The position numbers and the translations under genes were made by a program. 64,000 nt of DNA from Eledone cirrhosa (Eukaryota): positions 241,862,001 through 241,926,000 of the forward strand of contig OZ024742.1 in assembly GCA_964016885.1 (NCBI GenBank), given 5' to 3'. Numbering within the stretch: position 1 is the stretch's first letter; every line of letters starts with the position of its first letter. The notes under the pieces are model-generated. The model had not been told where the DNA came from, ran no database searches, and saw only the letters and a program-made list of their open reading frames with translations. Of the stretch, positions 12,741 to 27,120 are shown piece by piece.

Positions 12741-15700
12741 CTACAGGCGCATGATCAGAGTAGGCCCACTCACGCGGGCCATTCTCGCCACATTCACCCA
12801 CCTTTCAGTAAATGTACTGGGGGGCAGCACTTCTCTCTCCACCCTCACCTTCCTTTCCAAGTGAAACTTGAAGAAGTTGATGAGGGATTGGCCGAAGAGA
12901 AAAGTGTCTGTCTTCAGTCCTTTCAACCTGGTCCACCATGCAACCTCTTTCGCTACTGCCACCAGGCAGAGGAAAATTGCCTGCCCTTCCTGACCAAAAG
13001 AAGGCGGCGGGTCAATCTTCACTATGGACTCGGACGATAGCCGGATCCGTTCTACACGCGACAATAGCTGTTCGACATAACCCCACAAGTCAGCAATGCA
13101 CGGACACTGGACGAGTGCGTGCAGAACGGTTTCGTCGCTCTGCGCGCATCTCGGGCAGGTTCGTCTGACAGCACTTCCGTGCCTGTAGAGTTTATCCCGA
13201 ACCGGCAGCGCCCCCCGGTAGCACTGCCAAGCGAGGGATTTCTGGAAGTTATCCATCGTCCCCGGCTCGAAAGTCCTCCGGAACATACTGGTCAGTTCTA
13301 CTTCGTTGACGCCCAGAGCCTCTCCTAGTACATCATCGCACTTGCCCTCCACTAATCCTCTATAGAAATCTTGAGTGGAAGTTCCACTGACCGCATTGCC
13401 CACCTTGCAGAGTGCAGTGAGCGCCTGGCAACATTCCAGATGCCAGTCGCCCAGTCTCGGTCTCTTCTTGACCCAGGACTGCAGCTCAGTCAAAGAGATG
13501 AGCTGCGGAAAGGCCCGTCTAACAAACGGCGACCACACCTGTTCACCGTTTAGGCAAAATATCTGGAGATGTCGCAGCCTCAGCGCATGTCTGCGCATCA
13601 TTAGCCACGGCATGCCCAGCCCTCCACGAAGAGGGTGCTGGCAGCAGATGGACCGCCTCACCAACGGGACCCGTCCCCTCCACAAAAATTTGAAAAGGAG
13701 CCGTTCCAAATTGGCGAGGCGTGGACGGGGGCAAGGCACGACGGTCAGGCGGTAGTAGATGACGGACGCGATGTACGCGTTCGCCACCTCCGCCCGCCCT
13801 TTCAGTGATAGCTTTCTCTCAGCCCATTTCTGGGTGAGGTTGGCTATCCTGCTCGTCACCTCGTCCCAATTCTTATCCACCTGGAGGTCTGGTCCGAACC
13901 AAACCCCGAGCAACTTTACCGGTCCGTCTGTCCAGCGCCCAACGACGCTGTTGGACGGCATGGACTTGCCTCTCCAGGTGCCGAGCTGCAAGCCCACCGA
14001 CTTTTCCGGGTTAAGTTTTGCTCCCGTCAACCTTTCATATTCCTCCAAATGGGTGCGGATCACCTCGATTTCCGAGGTGTCCGACACCATCACGGTGATG
14101 TCGTCCGCATAAGCGGACGCAGCCTTTCTACGTCCCGGTTCGAGCGGGATGCCCTGCAACAACTCCAGCTTCCGCAGTAGAGGCTCAAGAGTCAATACGT
14201 ACAGAAGTGAGGAGAGAGGGCACCCTTGACGGACCGATCGAGAGATCTGAAACGGTTCCGAGAGGTGGCCATTAACTTTGACCACCGAGCGGATGCCGCT
14301 GTACATTGCAGCGATCCAGCTTCTGAAGACGGGGCCGAAGCCAGCCGCCTCGAGGACAGCCTCCAAGTACCGATGGTCGACCCTATCGAATGCTTTCGAT
14401 TGATCTAAATTGATCAGAGCCCCACCGAAGCCAGGTTTGCACCCAACCCTCTCTATGATGTATCGCATGAGGTGGAGGTTGTCGTGTATGGACCTGGTCG
14501 GGATTGCGCAAGTTTGCGCCTCCCCAACCAAATCTTTGACGACAAGCGCCAACCTTTTCGCTAACACCTTGGCCAAAATCTTAAACTCTGTGTTGAGCAG
14601 GGTTATGGGCCTGAAATTATCTAGTGTGTCCCTCTTGTTCTCGTCTTTCCTTATCAGCGTCACTACGCCACGGCTCACAGAACTGGGAATGCTCCCGTTC
14701 TGCTGCCAGTTGCAGTAGAGCGCTTCGAGGAGATCGGAGAACAAGTCTGGCATATTTACGTAAAGCTCGTAGGGCAGACCATCCAAACCGGGTGACTTGC
14801 GACTCGAGCAGCCGACAAGGGCGTCCTGAATTTCGGCTGATGTTATCGGCTCTTCGCAGCGCTCAGCGTCGGCCGTCGAGAGGCGTGGCAAGCCGTCGAG
14901 GTAGGGACTGAAGTCCGCCGCCGTCTCCGACTCACCCATCCTCCCGAACAATCGAGCAAAGTGCTGGCGAAAGGCCTCACACATCTGCTTGGAATCGCTC
15001 AGTTCGTGTCCATCTCGATCCGTCAAAGACCGAATTGTGGTTTTATTTCCACGCTGCGTCTCTGCAAAGCGAGCCCATCGGGCAGCTTTGGTTCCCTCGT
15101 TCCTCAGAGCACGCGCCTTAGCTCTGACAATGCAACCTTCGTGTTTCGCATTGAAGAAATGGTCTAGTGCCATTCTCGCCGCTAGCACGTCTGTTGCAAT
15201 GCCACTACAAATAGCCTCGTCTAACTTAGCTATCAGCCCCTCCTCCTTTCTATTTTTCTCTATTGCTACTTCTTTGCTAAATCCTATCGAGGTTGCTCTA
15301 ATCTCTCTTTTGAGTGCCCCCCACCACCTGTTGTTGACAACCCCCCCTGTCAACTTTTGCTTAACTAAGTTGTTGACCCGGTCCCTGTAAGCTTTACGTG
15401 CCGGAAACGACATGTTTAGCTTCCAGTAGCTAGGTCCTAACCTACGTGTCTTATCTAGGTCGACCATACAGATCACAAGCTTGTGATCTGAATAGGCAAC
15501 CGTTTTAAAATGTGGACATCCTACACTATTTCTATCTCTTTTCCTAATGAAAATCCTATCTATGTACGATCTAGATGACCCTATGCGATTGGTCCAGGTC
15601 CATACTGGCGCATTAGGGAAATCTAGTCGGTACCTGTCAGACAGTTGAAACTGGCTGATCAGGTACTTGAGGCTTTTGCACCCCCCGCTCCTATCAGATA

Positions 15701-16160
15701 CTCCCACACAATCCCAGCGTGCTTCTAAGATGCCATTCCAATCCCCTATTAACAGTAAAGGGCGAGACGTAAGCAGAAAGTTTTCCAGGCGCCTAAAGAA
15801 GTCCGGCCGACCGGCCCCAGTAGGGGCGTAGACGGCCACCAGTCTAAAGGCACCACCTTCGCTATTGCTCACGTCCAGGACCACCAACTTTCCGTCAGGA
15901 TCCCGGAAGATTGACCTTACCTCGAGATCCAGACATTTCCTAAACAGCACAGCCACTCCACCTCCCATTCCCGGCCGACTAACAGATGCAAAGATCTGAT
16001 AATCGTCGAAAATCGGCGCCAGTGCGCGTGTGTCGGAAATTCTGGTCTCGCTGATGGCAATTACATCCATTCCTAGTGACCTGAGGTCGTTGAGCAAGTG
16101 ACCTTGCTTCCAGGGCGACCCCAGGCCACGAACATTTAAACTTCCTACTCTTATGGCCAT
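12741..16160 (-). CDS. LINE ORF2: APE endonuclease, reverse transcriptase and C-terminal CCHC Zn finger (1139 aa, uninterrupted)
   Basis: APE motifs GSLNVRGL, SET, VYAP, GDWN, IDRIF, SDHK; RT motifs KSPGLDGL, FRPITLLNTEFKILAK, LDQSKAFDRVDH, RQGCPLS, YADD; CPRC...HALVQC. Confidence 0.96.
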   Translation of the reverse strand: MAIRVGSLNVRGLGSPWKQGHLLNDLRSLGMDVIAISETRISDTRALAPIFDDYQIFASVSRPGMGGGVAVLFRKCLDLEVRSIFRDPDGKLVVLDVSNSEGGAFRLVAVYAPTGAGRPDFFRRLENFLLTSRPLLLIGDWNGILEARWDCVGVSDRSGGCKSLKYLISQFQLSDRYRLDFPNAPVWTWTNRIGSSRSYIDRIFIRKRDRNSVGCPHFKTVAYSDHKLVICMVDLDKTRRLGPSYWKLNMSFPARKAYRDRVNNLVKQKLTGGVVNNRWWGALKREIRATSIGFSKEVAIEKNRKEEGLIAKLDEAICSGIATDVLAARMALDHFFNAKHEGCIVRAKARALRNEGTKAARWARFAETQRGNKTTIRSLTDRDGHELSDSKQMCEAFRQHFARLFGRMGESETAADFSPYLDGLPRLSTADAERCEEPITSAEIQDALVGCSSRKSPGLDGLPYELYVNMPDLFSDLLEALYCNWQQNGSIPSSVSRGVVTLIRKDENKRDTLDNFRPITLLNTEFKILAKVLAKRLALVVKDLVGEAQTCAIPTRSIHDNLHLMRYIIERVGCKPGFGGALINLDQSKAFDRVDHRYLEAVLEAAGFGPVFRSWIAAMYSGIRSVVKVNGHLSEPFQISRSVRQGCPLSSLLYVLTLEPLLRKLELLQGIPLEPGRRKAASAYADDITVMVSDTSEIEVIRTHLEEYERLTGAKLNPEKSVGLQLGTWRGKSMPSNSVVGRWTDGPVKLLGVWFGPDLQVDKNWDEVTSRIANLTQKWAERKLSLKGRAEVANAYIASVIYYRLTVVPCPRPRLANLERLLFKFLWRGRVPLVRRSICCQHPLRGGLGMPWLMMRRHALRLRHLQIFCLNGEQVWSPFVRRAFPQLISLTELQSWVKKRPRLGDWHLECCQALTALCKVGNAVSGTSTQDFYRGLVEGKCDDVLGEALGVNEVELTSMFRRTFEPGTMDNFQKSLAWQCYRGALPVRDKLYRHGSAVRRTCPRCAQSDETVLHALVQCPCIADLWGYVEQLLSRVERIRLSSESIVKIDPPPSFGQEGQAIFLCLVAVAKEVAWWTRLKGLKTDTFLFGQSLINFFKFHLERKVRVEREVLPPSTFTERWVNVARMARVSGPTLIMRL

Positions 16161-16189
16161 GCTGGCAGGATGAATGGGAGAGGAAAGGT

Positions 16190-18095
16190 TTACTTACCTT
16201 CCGGGGTCTTGTGAAGGTCGGGTGGTTCGACCTCCATGGTTTGTGGGGTTTCTTTTGGGAACCCCTTTAATAGTCTTGACGTGGGTTTTACGTTCGGGGT
16301 TCCCACATCCCGAGGAAAGCTCTTTCGAATTTCTTTGTATGAAGCGAGCGACATTCGCATCAGAAGCAAATTATCTGGTACGCGAAATGTGCTCGCTTCA
16401 AATGTTTCCCCGTCTTTTTCGATGTTTGTGCTTCGTGCTACATGGGCCATCAATTCCTTGTTGGCCCTTCTGGCAAGCACGAAGTTTTTAATGTTTTGTT
16501 GCTCGGGTTTTATTTGTTCGTGTGATTGTGGTGGTGATAGCTTTGTTAGTGTTGTTTCTATTGTGTCTGCGTTTGTTGTGGGTGGGGTGTCTGTAGTTTC
16601 TGATGTTTGTGTGTCTATTTGTTCTTGTGTCTGTTTAGCTTGTTTGCGTTTGGGGGATTTTGGTGGTTGTGTTGGTGATACTGTGGGGAAAATGTTTGTG
16701 TGGGTGGTGTGTGTATTTTTTTTTGTGGGGGTGTTTGTGCTTTGTGGATTTCTTTTTTTTTTGTGTTTTGTTTTTTGTATTTTGGGGGACTTTGGTTTTC
16801 CCTCATCTTCACTGCTGGAGGATGAGGGGTCTGTGGCTGTGAGCGTGTTTGTGTCTGAGTGAGTGTTTATGTTCTTGTTCGTGTGTGTATTTTGGGGGGG
16901 AGGGGGAATGGGAGAGCTTTCCTCGTTTCCCCCCTGGGTGTGCAATTTTGGTGGTTCCATTGTTGACGGTGTTGCTGGTGGTCCTTGTCCCGGCGTCGCC
17001 AGCAGTGGAATCTTTCGACCCCTTGCGCTTTTCGGCAGTTGAGGGCAGAAGGCTCGCAAGTGTGTCGTTTCCCCACAAAGGAAACAATGCGGCCTTTTGC
17101 CCTCAGTCATTATATGCAACACCCTCCCGTTTTGGAGGCGGATGTGGTCCGGGATTGTTTTTACGTTTTCGGGTCTGATTTGGAGCAGTATCTCCAGATC
17201 AACCCCGGACCAGTCGTCCCTGGCAGTTCTCGTTGCCTCTACCGGGACTGTATCCGTTCCTTCCACGATTACGCAACCCAGGAGCCACCACATATCAAGT
17301 CCTGGTGGAATCCTGGGAATGCGCACACGTGCTATTCGTTTTCCCATGTGGGAGGGGTACATTATGACCTTGCTGGTTTTGCAAGGGGTCATTGAATGCT
17401 TCACAGCGAGGGCTTCAGACTTGAACAGCACCGAAACGGTGCCGTATTGCCTGCCCCTCTCTATGAAGTCTGTGTCCTCTCTGATGTATTTCAGTGCGGC
17501 TTCTATGTCAGCTTGGGCGATTATCGCTGCCCTCTTTGTCTCTACTGAGATGCATCTGAAATGCACCGTTCTTTTTTCCACTGCCTCAATGGCTTCTGCC
17601 GGGACAGTTAAGTTTGCCCAGGTCTGCTCTTGATTTATGATTTTCCAGGCCTGGGCCAACTTTTCCTCTCTGTTGGTTAAGTCGGTAGCATGGTCTCCTT
17701 TTAGCCGCTGCCACAGCAGCGAAAGTGTTCTTGTTGGTGTTGTCACTGTTGTTGTTCTTGTTGGTGTTGCTGCTGCTATTGCTGTTGTTGTTCTCCCCTG
17801 TGTCGTGGTTACCTTCTGTGCTGTTGGCCTTGTTGGTGCTGCTGCTGTCGCTACTATTACTCTCTGTGCTGTTCGTTTTGTTGGTGCTCTCGCTATTACC
17901 ACCTTCTGCGCTGTTCGGCTTGTTGGTGTTGGTGTTGTCGCTGTTACCACCTTCCGCGCCGCTCGGCCCGTTGGTGCTGGCACTGTCGCTGCTCACATTC
18001 GTGCTGGTGGCGCTCCTCGCCTCACCTCTCCTCTCAACGCTCAAGTCGCCGTTGCACGACAGCAGACCCGCCTCTAGGGGGCGTGGCTCCGCCAT
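16190..18095 (-). CDS. LINE ORF1, gag-like with Zn knuckle; split across two frames (18095-17586 and 17983-16190)
   Basis: Zn knuckle CFLCGETTHLRAFC (CX2CX4HX4C). The ATG at 18095 opens an N/S-rich frame up to TFAAVAAAK; the rest of the protein is in the +1 frame. Confidence 0.8.
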
Positions 18096-18514
18096 GTTTT
18101 TTTGAGAAAAAAATTATTATTTTTTTCAAAATAAAGTTCAAATATTTGGGCCAAAAGGCCCAAATATTATGAGTTATTCCTTCACAGGATACAAATTAAT
18201 GTCTTATAATGCTTCAGCGGTACAAAAAATAAACAATTCTCTACAATTAATCCTCAAAAATTGCTTACTCACGGAGCTTCAAAAAACGTACATCCACTTT
18301 CGTCAATAATAATAATAATGATATTGATAATAATAATAAGTAATAATATTAATAAAAATATTGCAGTGTATTTCATGCAAATACTAAATTTATGCGGTAA
18401 TTTGAATGTAATAATATAATAAATGTTACTAAACACAAATACAATTAATGTTAATGAACGCAAACAACATATTTAACTAGATCTTTCCACACAATACTTG
18501 TTCTATAACTTGTA

Positions 18515-19569
18515 TATTATTTGATCAGAGCATCTGAATTTTACAGCATAAATAAACATACACGCACACACAAATACATACACACAAACACACAATCTGA
18601 CACACGCACCTACACACACACACACACTCTCACACACGCACACCCTCTCTCTCTCACATATACACACACCCTCTCTCTCTCTGTCTGTCTCTCTCACACA
18701 CAAACATAAACACATACTCTTGTGTATATTTGATCAGAGCAGCATTTGAATGTTATAGCCTACATGAACATACACGTACACACACACACACACACACACT
18801 CTCTCACACACACACACACACACTATCTCTCTCTCTCACTCTCTCACACACACATACACGCACAGCCTCTCTCTCTTTTACACACACGCACAAACACAAA
18901 CGCATACATTTGTGTTTATTTGATCAGAGCAGTATTTTTATTAACATCCAACATACACACTCACTCACACTTATCCCTCTTTCACAGAAACACACACACT
19001 CACCCAAACACAGACACACACACGCACAAACACATACACACACACAAACACACACGCACAAACACATGCATTTGTGTATATTTGATCAGAGCAGCATTTG
19101 AATTAACATCCAACATACACACTCACACACATACACACACATCCAAACTCACACACGCACATACACTAATATGCACACACACATACACTAATATACACAC
19201 ACACACACAGGTATAATACACACATATATATATATATATACTCACACACACACACACGCACAAATACAAACACATGCATTTGTGTATATTTGATCAGAGC
19301 AGCATTTGAATTAACATCCAACATACACACTCACACACATACACACACATCCAAACTCACACACGCACATACACTAATATGCACACACACACACAGGTAT
19401 AATACACACACACACACAGGTATAATACACATATATATATATATATATACTCACACACACACACACGCACAAATACAAACACATGCATTTGTGTATATTT
19501 GATCAGAGCAGCATTTGAATTAACATCCAACATACACACTCACACTCACACAGTCTCTCTCTCACACGA

Positions 19570-19614
<45 letters not shown>

Positions 19615-19624
19615 CATACGCACG

Positions 19625-19656
<32 letters not shown>

Positions 19657-19760
19657 CACACACGCACACTTTTACACACACGCACAAACACAAACACATA
19701 CATTTGTGTATATTTGATGAGAGCAGCATTTTTATTAACATCCAACATACACACACACTC
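18515..19760. repeat. Composite tandem repeat: conserved ~45-bp block plus (CA)n-rich filler, about 7 units
   Basis: Block TGTGTATATTTGATCAGAGCAGCATTTGAATTAACATCCAACATAC near 18520, 18725, 18915, 19075, 19284, 19493 and 19707; 209-bp period in the central units. Confidence 0.9.
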
Positions 19761-19809
19761 ACCCCCCCCTTTTCTCTCTCTATCTCTCTCTCTCTCCCTC
19801 TCCCTCCCT

Positions 19810-19895
<86 letters not shown>

Positions 19896-20082
19896 TAACG
19901 CACAAGTTGGTTACCCCCTACAAGAAAACTAACTATAAATAAGATTAGTGAAGAACAGTATTGATGTCACACAACGCTATTCTAATTTCTAAATAATAGT
20001 TTTATTTGATCAGAGTTAAAAAGAAAAGCATATTTGCAGTGTTGCTGTTGATTATTCTGCAATAATGTGTTTAAGGAAGAAG

Positions 20083-20596
<514 letters not shown>

Positions 20597-20640
20597 CCAT
20601 ATATACATACATATATATGCATATATACGTATATATATAC

Positions 20641-20757
<117 letters not shown>

Positions 20758-20908
20758 TTAACTTCCTTAAACATACATAGAAAGCTCTTCATCACTAAGT
20801 AATCGCTTTGAGCCGAACTGGCAATACCAAGCCACAAAAGAAATGATCAATGATTAACAAGTAGAAATGAGAAATCATTGCAGTTAGCATTCAACCCACA
20901 CCCACCAC

Positions 20909-20957
<49 letters not shown>

Positions 20958-21264
20958 TAAAAGCAAAAGGGATATTCATTTTCTTAGTAATTCAACAAAT
21001 ATAAATGTTTATAACTGATTCAGAGCACTCAACAGTTTTCTGGAGTATAATATTCAATGATATTAAATAAATGGAAACTATATTTAAATAGACTATCCAA
21101 GGAAAACTTGAACCGTTAACGTATCTTTCGTTGGTTATGTCAAACTTTATAAAACAAACTTTGTATTTTATCTGATGAAGGCGTACCAAAGTATTGGTAT
21201 TCTTGAAATATATATAATAGAATAAATATGGTTTTATAAATATAGTTTCCATTTATTCAATATC

Positions 21265-21323
<59 letters not shown>

Positions 21324-21437
21324 GCACATCTTACGTTAACTATTTTTCCAATTTGACGCTATAGTCACTTATATATAATGAAATACTGTTGGCTTTTTGC
21401 TCACAATAATTTCTATACTTTTCATTTATATATATAT

Positions 21438-21625
<188 letters not shown>

Positions 21626-21860
21626 ATATATATACATTTATATATATATATCCGTTGCTGCTTATCTGTCTGTCTTTTTGCCTACTAATTCTTTTGATAT
21701 CCATGTATATATGTAGAAACGAACATACATCACAAACACGCATATATATAAACGCGCACAACGCACACAGAAATATATATATATATATGGAAAGTTATAT
21801 TTAAATTGTTGGGTTACAACTAGTAAATATTTATAACTGATATAAAAGCACTCAACAATC

Positions 21861-21960
<100 letters not shown>

Positions 21961-22137
21961 CATATATAATATATATATAATATACATATATAATATATAT
22001 ATAAATAGATATATATATATGTATATTTATATATATATATATTTATATATATATATATATATATATAATACATAAATAATATATATATAATACATATACA
22101 ATACATATATAATATATATATAAATACATATATATGC

Positions 22138-22319
<182 letters not shown>

Positions 22320-22448
22320 AATATACATATATATATATTGTGTATATGTTGATTGTTTACCGACACCTCAGTATGCAGATTGGAGCACACGACAAGGTAC
22401 GCAAGTTGGTTTGGTTACTCCGGAGTAATGTAAAAAAAAATATTTTTA

Positions 22449-22505
<57 letters not shown>

Positions 22506-22654
22506 TACATATATATATATGTCTGTGTGTATTTATATATATATTATATATGTATTATATATGTATTATATATATATTATAATATGTATATATATGTATA
22601 TATATATTTATATATATATATATATGAGAAAAACCACAAACCCATCCACTTCAA

Positions 22655-22697
22655 TTCTACTTTTGAAAAGCAGAAGAACTGCGAAACCCGTAAAGAA
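22655..22697 (+). ncRNA. Degenerate minimal hammerhead-like motif
   Basis: TTGAAAA-GCAG-AAGAA-CTGC-GAAA-C-CC-G-TA; stems II and III are intact but the CUGANGA box has two changes. Confidence 0.3.
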
Positions 22698-22817
22698 CCA
22701 AATAAATATATAAAAAAAAAAAGACTCCATTTGCATTTTCGATTTCATCTTTTTTCCTTCTACTTTCACTCGTGTAGGACACCTCGTTTTTTTCACTTTC
22801 TAATATATATATTCACA

Positions 22818-22866
<49 letters not shown>

Positions 22867-22972
22867 CGATGTGTGTGTGTGTGTATATATAAATATATGT
22901 ATGTATATATATGTACACACACACATATATATAAATAAATATATGTTTTTTATATATATAAATATATGTATG

Positions 22973-23201
<229 letters not shown>

Positions 23202-23277
23202 ATATATATATAAATACACACACACACTCACACACACATACACACACCAACACAATCATACACACATATATACATAC

Positions 23278-23397
<120 letters not shown>

Positions 23398-23998
23398 ATG
23401 CATCTATATTTACGTATAAGAACAACTATGTATGCGGGTATGTACACAGAAACACACATACACACACACACATACACACTGATGTGAGGTCTCTGCATGT
23501 GAAATAATCTATTTTTGGCATCATATATGCAACGCAAAAAACTTTGATCAAACAAAACTGAATCAAAAGAGTTTTTTGTTGGTTACTTTATAATAAGGTG
23601 TAACTGAAACGTTCTTACGATAAGACTTGCTTGCAAAATGGCTGCATAGTAAATTTGAAGTGAGTTAGAAGCAATTTAATCTCAAATGTGATATTCTTAA
23701 TTTTTAGATTATTACAATAAATACATTGAAAAAAATATAGAAATGGAAAGTGGGTATAGATTTAGGTAGAGATGTAGCTCTAAATATATCTGCTATGTGT
23801 GTGTGTGTGTATTTATATGGGATGTGAAGGCGGTGTATCAGCGCAATAGATTTGTCAACGGATAAAAAATGCCTTGATACATATCCAGGTTCTCTGCGCT
23901 CTCAGCTCATATCCCGACAAATACATCTTTGATTTTTATTATTTTAAGATGAATAAATAAAGTACTGCCCCAGGACTGCCGTCATATATTCCTCTATA

Positions 23999-24037
<39 letters not shown>

Positions 24038-24147
24038 TCTCTCTCTCTCTATCTATCTCTCACTATCTCTTTGCCACCGTCTCTCTCTTCCGCCATCAAA
24101 TTTATTGAGTATTTTACTTACCGTGGTTAGCCCCGATCGAACCTGCG

Positions 24148-24233
<86 letters not shown>

Positions 24234-24509
24234 CTCTCACTCTCTCGATGTTTCTCTCATTCACTGAACGAAATCGGCTGTATGCAGACCTGGAGTGGGA
24301 TGGGCACCATCAGGTTTAAAAACACGCTTGTATTTAACGGTGCCCTTACAACTGCAATAGAATCAAAGACCTTTTATCCTGGATAGGATATATGAGGGAA
24401 ACAGAAGAATAGTTTCAAATACCTACACATGGAAGATCGGTTCTACAATGCATATATATACATATATATTATTTCCGTAGGAAAGGTAAAGGAAAGGAGA
24501 GGAATAAAA

Positions 24510-24582
24510 TTTCATTCTGACGAACGATTTCAGACGTCTGTGCCGAGCTCGTCTGTCTTCGTGAAACCTTTGGTAAATGGAA
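24510..24582 (+). ncRNA. Type I hammerhead ribozyme
   Basis: Stem I TTTCATT/AATGGAA; CTGACGA (24517-24523); stem II ACGA/TCGT extended by AGACG/CGTCT; GAAA (24563-24566); stem III CC-TTT-GG; GUA cleavage triplet ending at 24575. Confidence 0.8.
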
Positions 24583-24624
24583 TAATTGTCTTATCTTGTT
24601 TATTACATAACTATATATATATAC

Positions 24625-25050
24625 ACAGACTCCACTACAGCAATGAAGAGGCGGATTTTCAGGTCTCTACGAAGGTCCGACTTCCACACCGATCTCAAGC
24701 TGTGACACGCCGCCCAGGCCTTGCTCTTCCTCTCAACCACATCATCTTCCGTATTCCCAATCTTTGCTCCCAAATACAGGAAGTCCTCAACCAATTCCAG
24801 CGGCTTCCCGCCTACATTAGTGATCCCCTCTGGCTTCTCAACATTCTCTACCAGATATTTTGTTTTAGTCTCATTCATTCTCAGCCCCACACTCATCGAC
24901 ACAGTCTCAACCTCCCGCATCAAATCCTCTGCCTCCTTCACTGTATTTGTCACCAAAATTATGTCGTCGGCAAATTCAGCATCCGATACCTTTTTCGCCC
25001 CAACTCTCCTGCTCTGAGCCGGTGCTACAGTAAAGCCAGTGTCCTGGTGT
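24625..25050 (-). pseudogene. RTE-group (RTE-X-like) RT fragment, inverted segment
   Basis: Reads TGFTVAPAQSRR..DAEFADDIILV..GLRMNETKTKY..VEDFLYLGA..KIRLFIAVVESV; FADD is the catalytic motif. Confidence 0.85.
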
Positions 25051-25305
25051 TTCTCAAAAGTGACACAGAGGAGACTGAGGTTGGCTGGACATGCTCACCG
25101 ACATCCAGAGTTGACATTGCACTCAGTGCTCCTTTGGGAGCCGCTACATGGACACACTAGAAGAGGAAGACCAAGGTTAACATATGTTGATGCCCTAAGG
25201 ACAGACACTGGTCTGTTGGAGATGCAGGATATGGCAGCGATAATGAGGGACAGAGACCACTGGAGAGAACTCGTCCATGGATCTCGGGAATTTTACCCGC
25301 CTTAG
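25051..25305 (+). pseudogene. RTE-group 3'-terminal fragment
   Basis: RRLRLAGH..LLWEP..RRGRPRLTYVD..MRDRDHWRELV; the stop codon runs directly into (TA)n. Confidence 0.85.
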
Positions 25306-25499
25306 ATAGATATATATACAGTAAAATGTATAAGCCATATGTTTTAGCATGTATAACAGGCGTATTTACAACATTCTGGTTAGATATACACCGTCAAAGC
25401 AACTATATATAATTTAGTTCTTCAATTGGTTGCATTCGAATATATTTATATATATAAATGGTCGCCTATATACAGCAATACACACAACCTCCCCCTCCT

Positions 25500-27120
<1,621 letters not shown>

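Larger units (their letters stand above)
12491..18305 (-). mobile_element. Full-length Tx1/L1-group non-LTR retrotransposon
   Basis: 5' UTR, gag-like ORF1, ORF2, and 250-bp 3' UTR with AATAAA; 17-bp direct repeat ATAATAATAATAATGAT at 12474-12490 and 18306-18322; GC-rich relative to flanks. Confidence 0.95.

Noticed and set aside
16162-16197. 36-nt GT-AG mini-intron fusing ORF1 to ORF2
   Set aside because: Splicing gives GAA-GCA-TGG-CCA-TAA, out of frame with ORF2, and the intron is unusually short.
8742-18105. Plus-strand and alternative-frame ORFs overlapping the Tx1 elements
   Set aside because: Shadow ORFs of GC-rich coding sequence with no motifs. The exception is 17586-18095, treated as the ORF1 N-terminus.
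18515-19760. CRISPR-like repeat/spacer appearance
   Set aside because: Eukaryotic context, spacers are 120-170-bp microsatellite and partly identical, and no cas genes are present.
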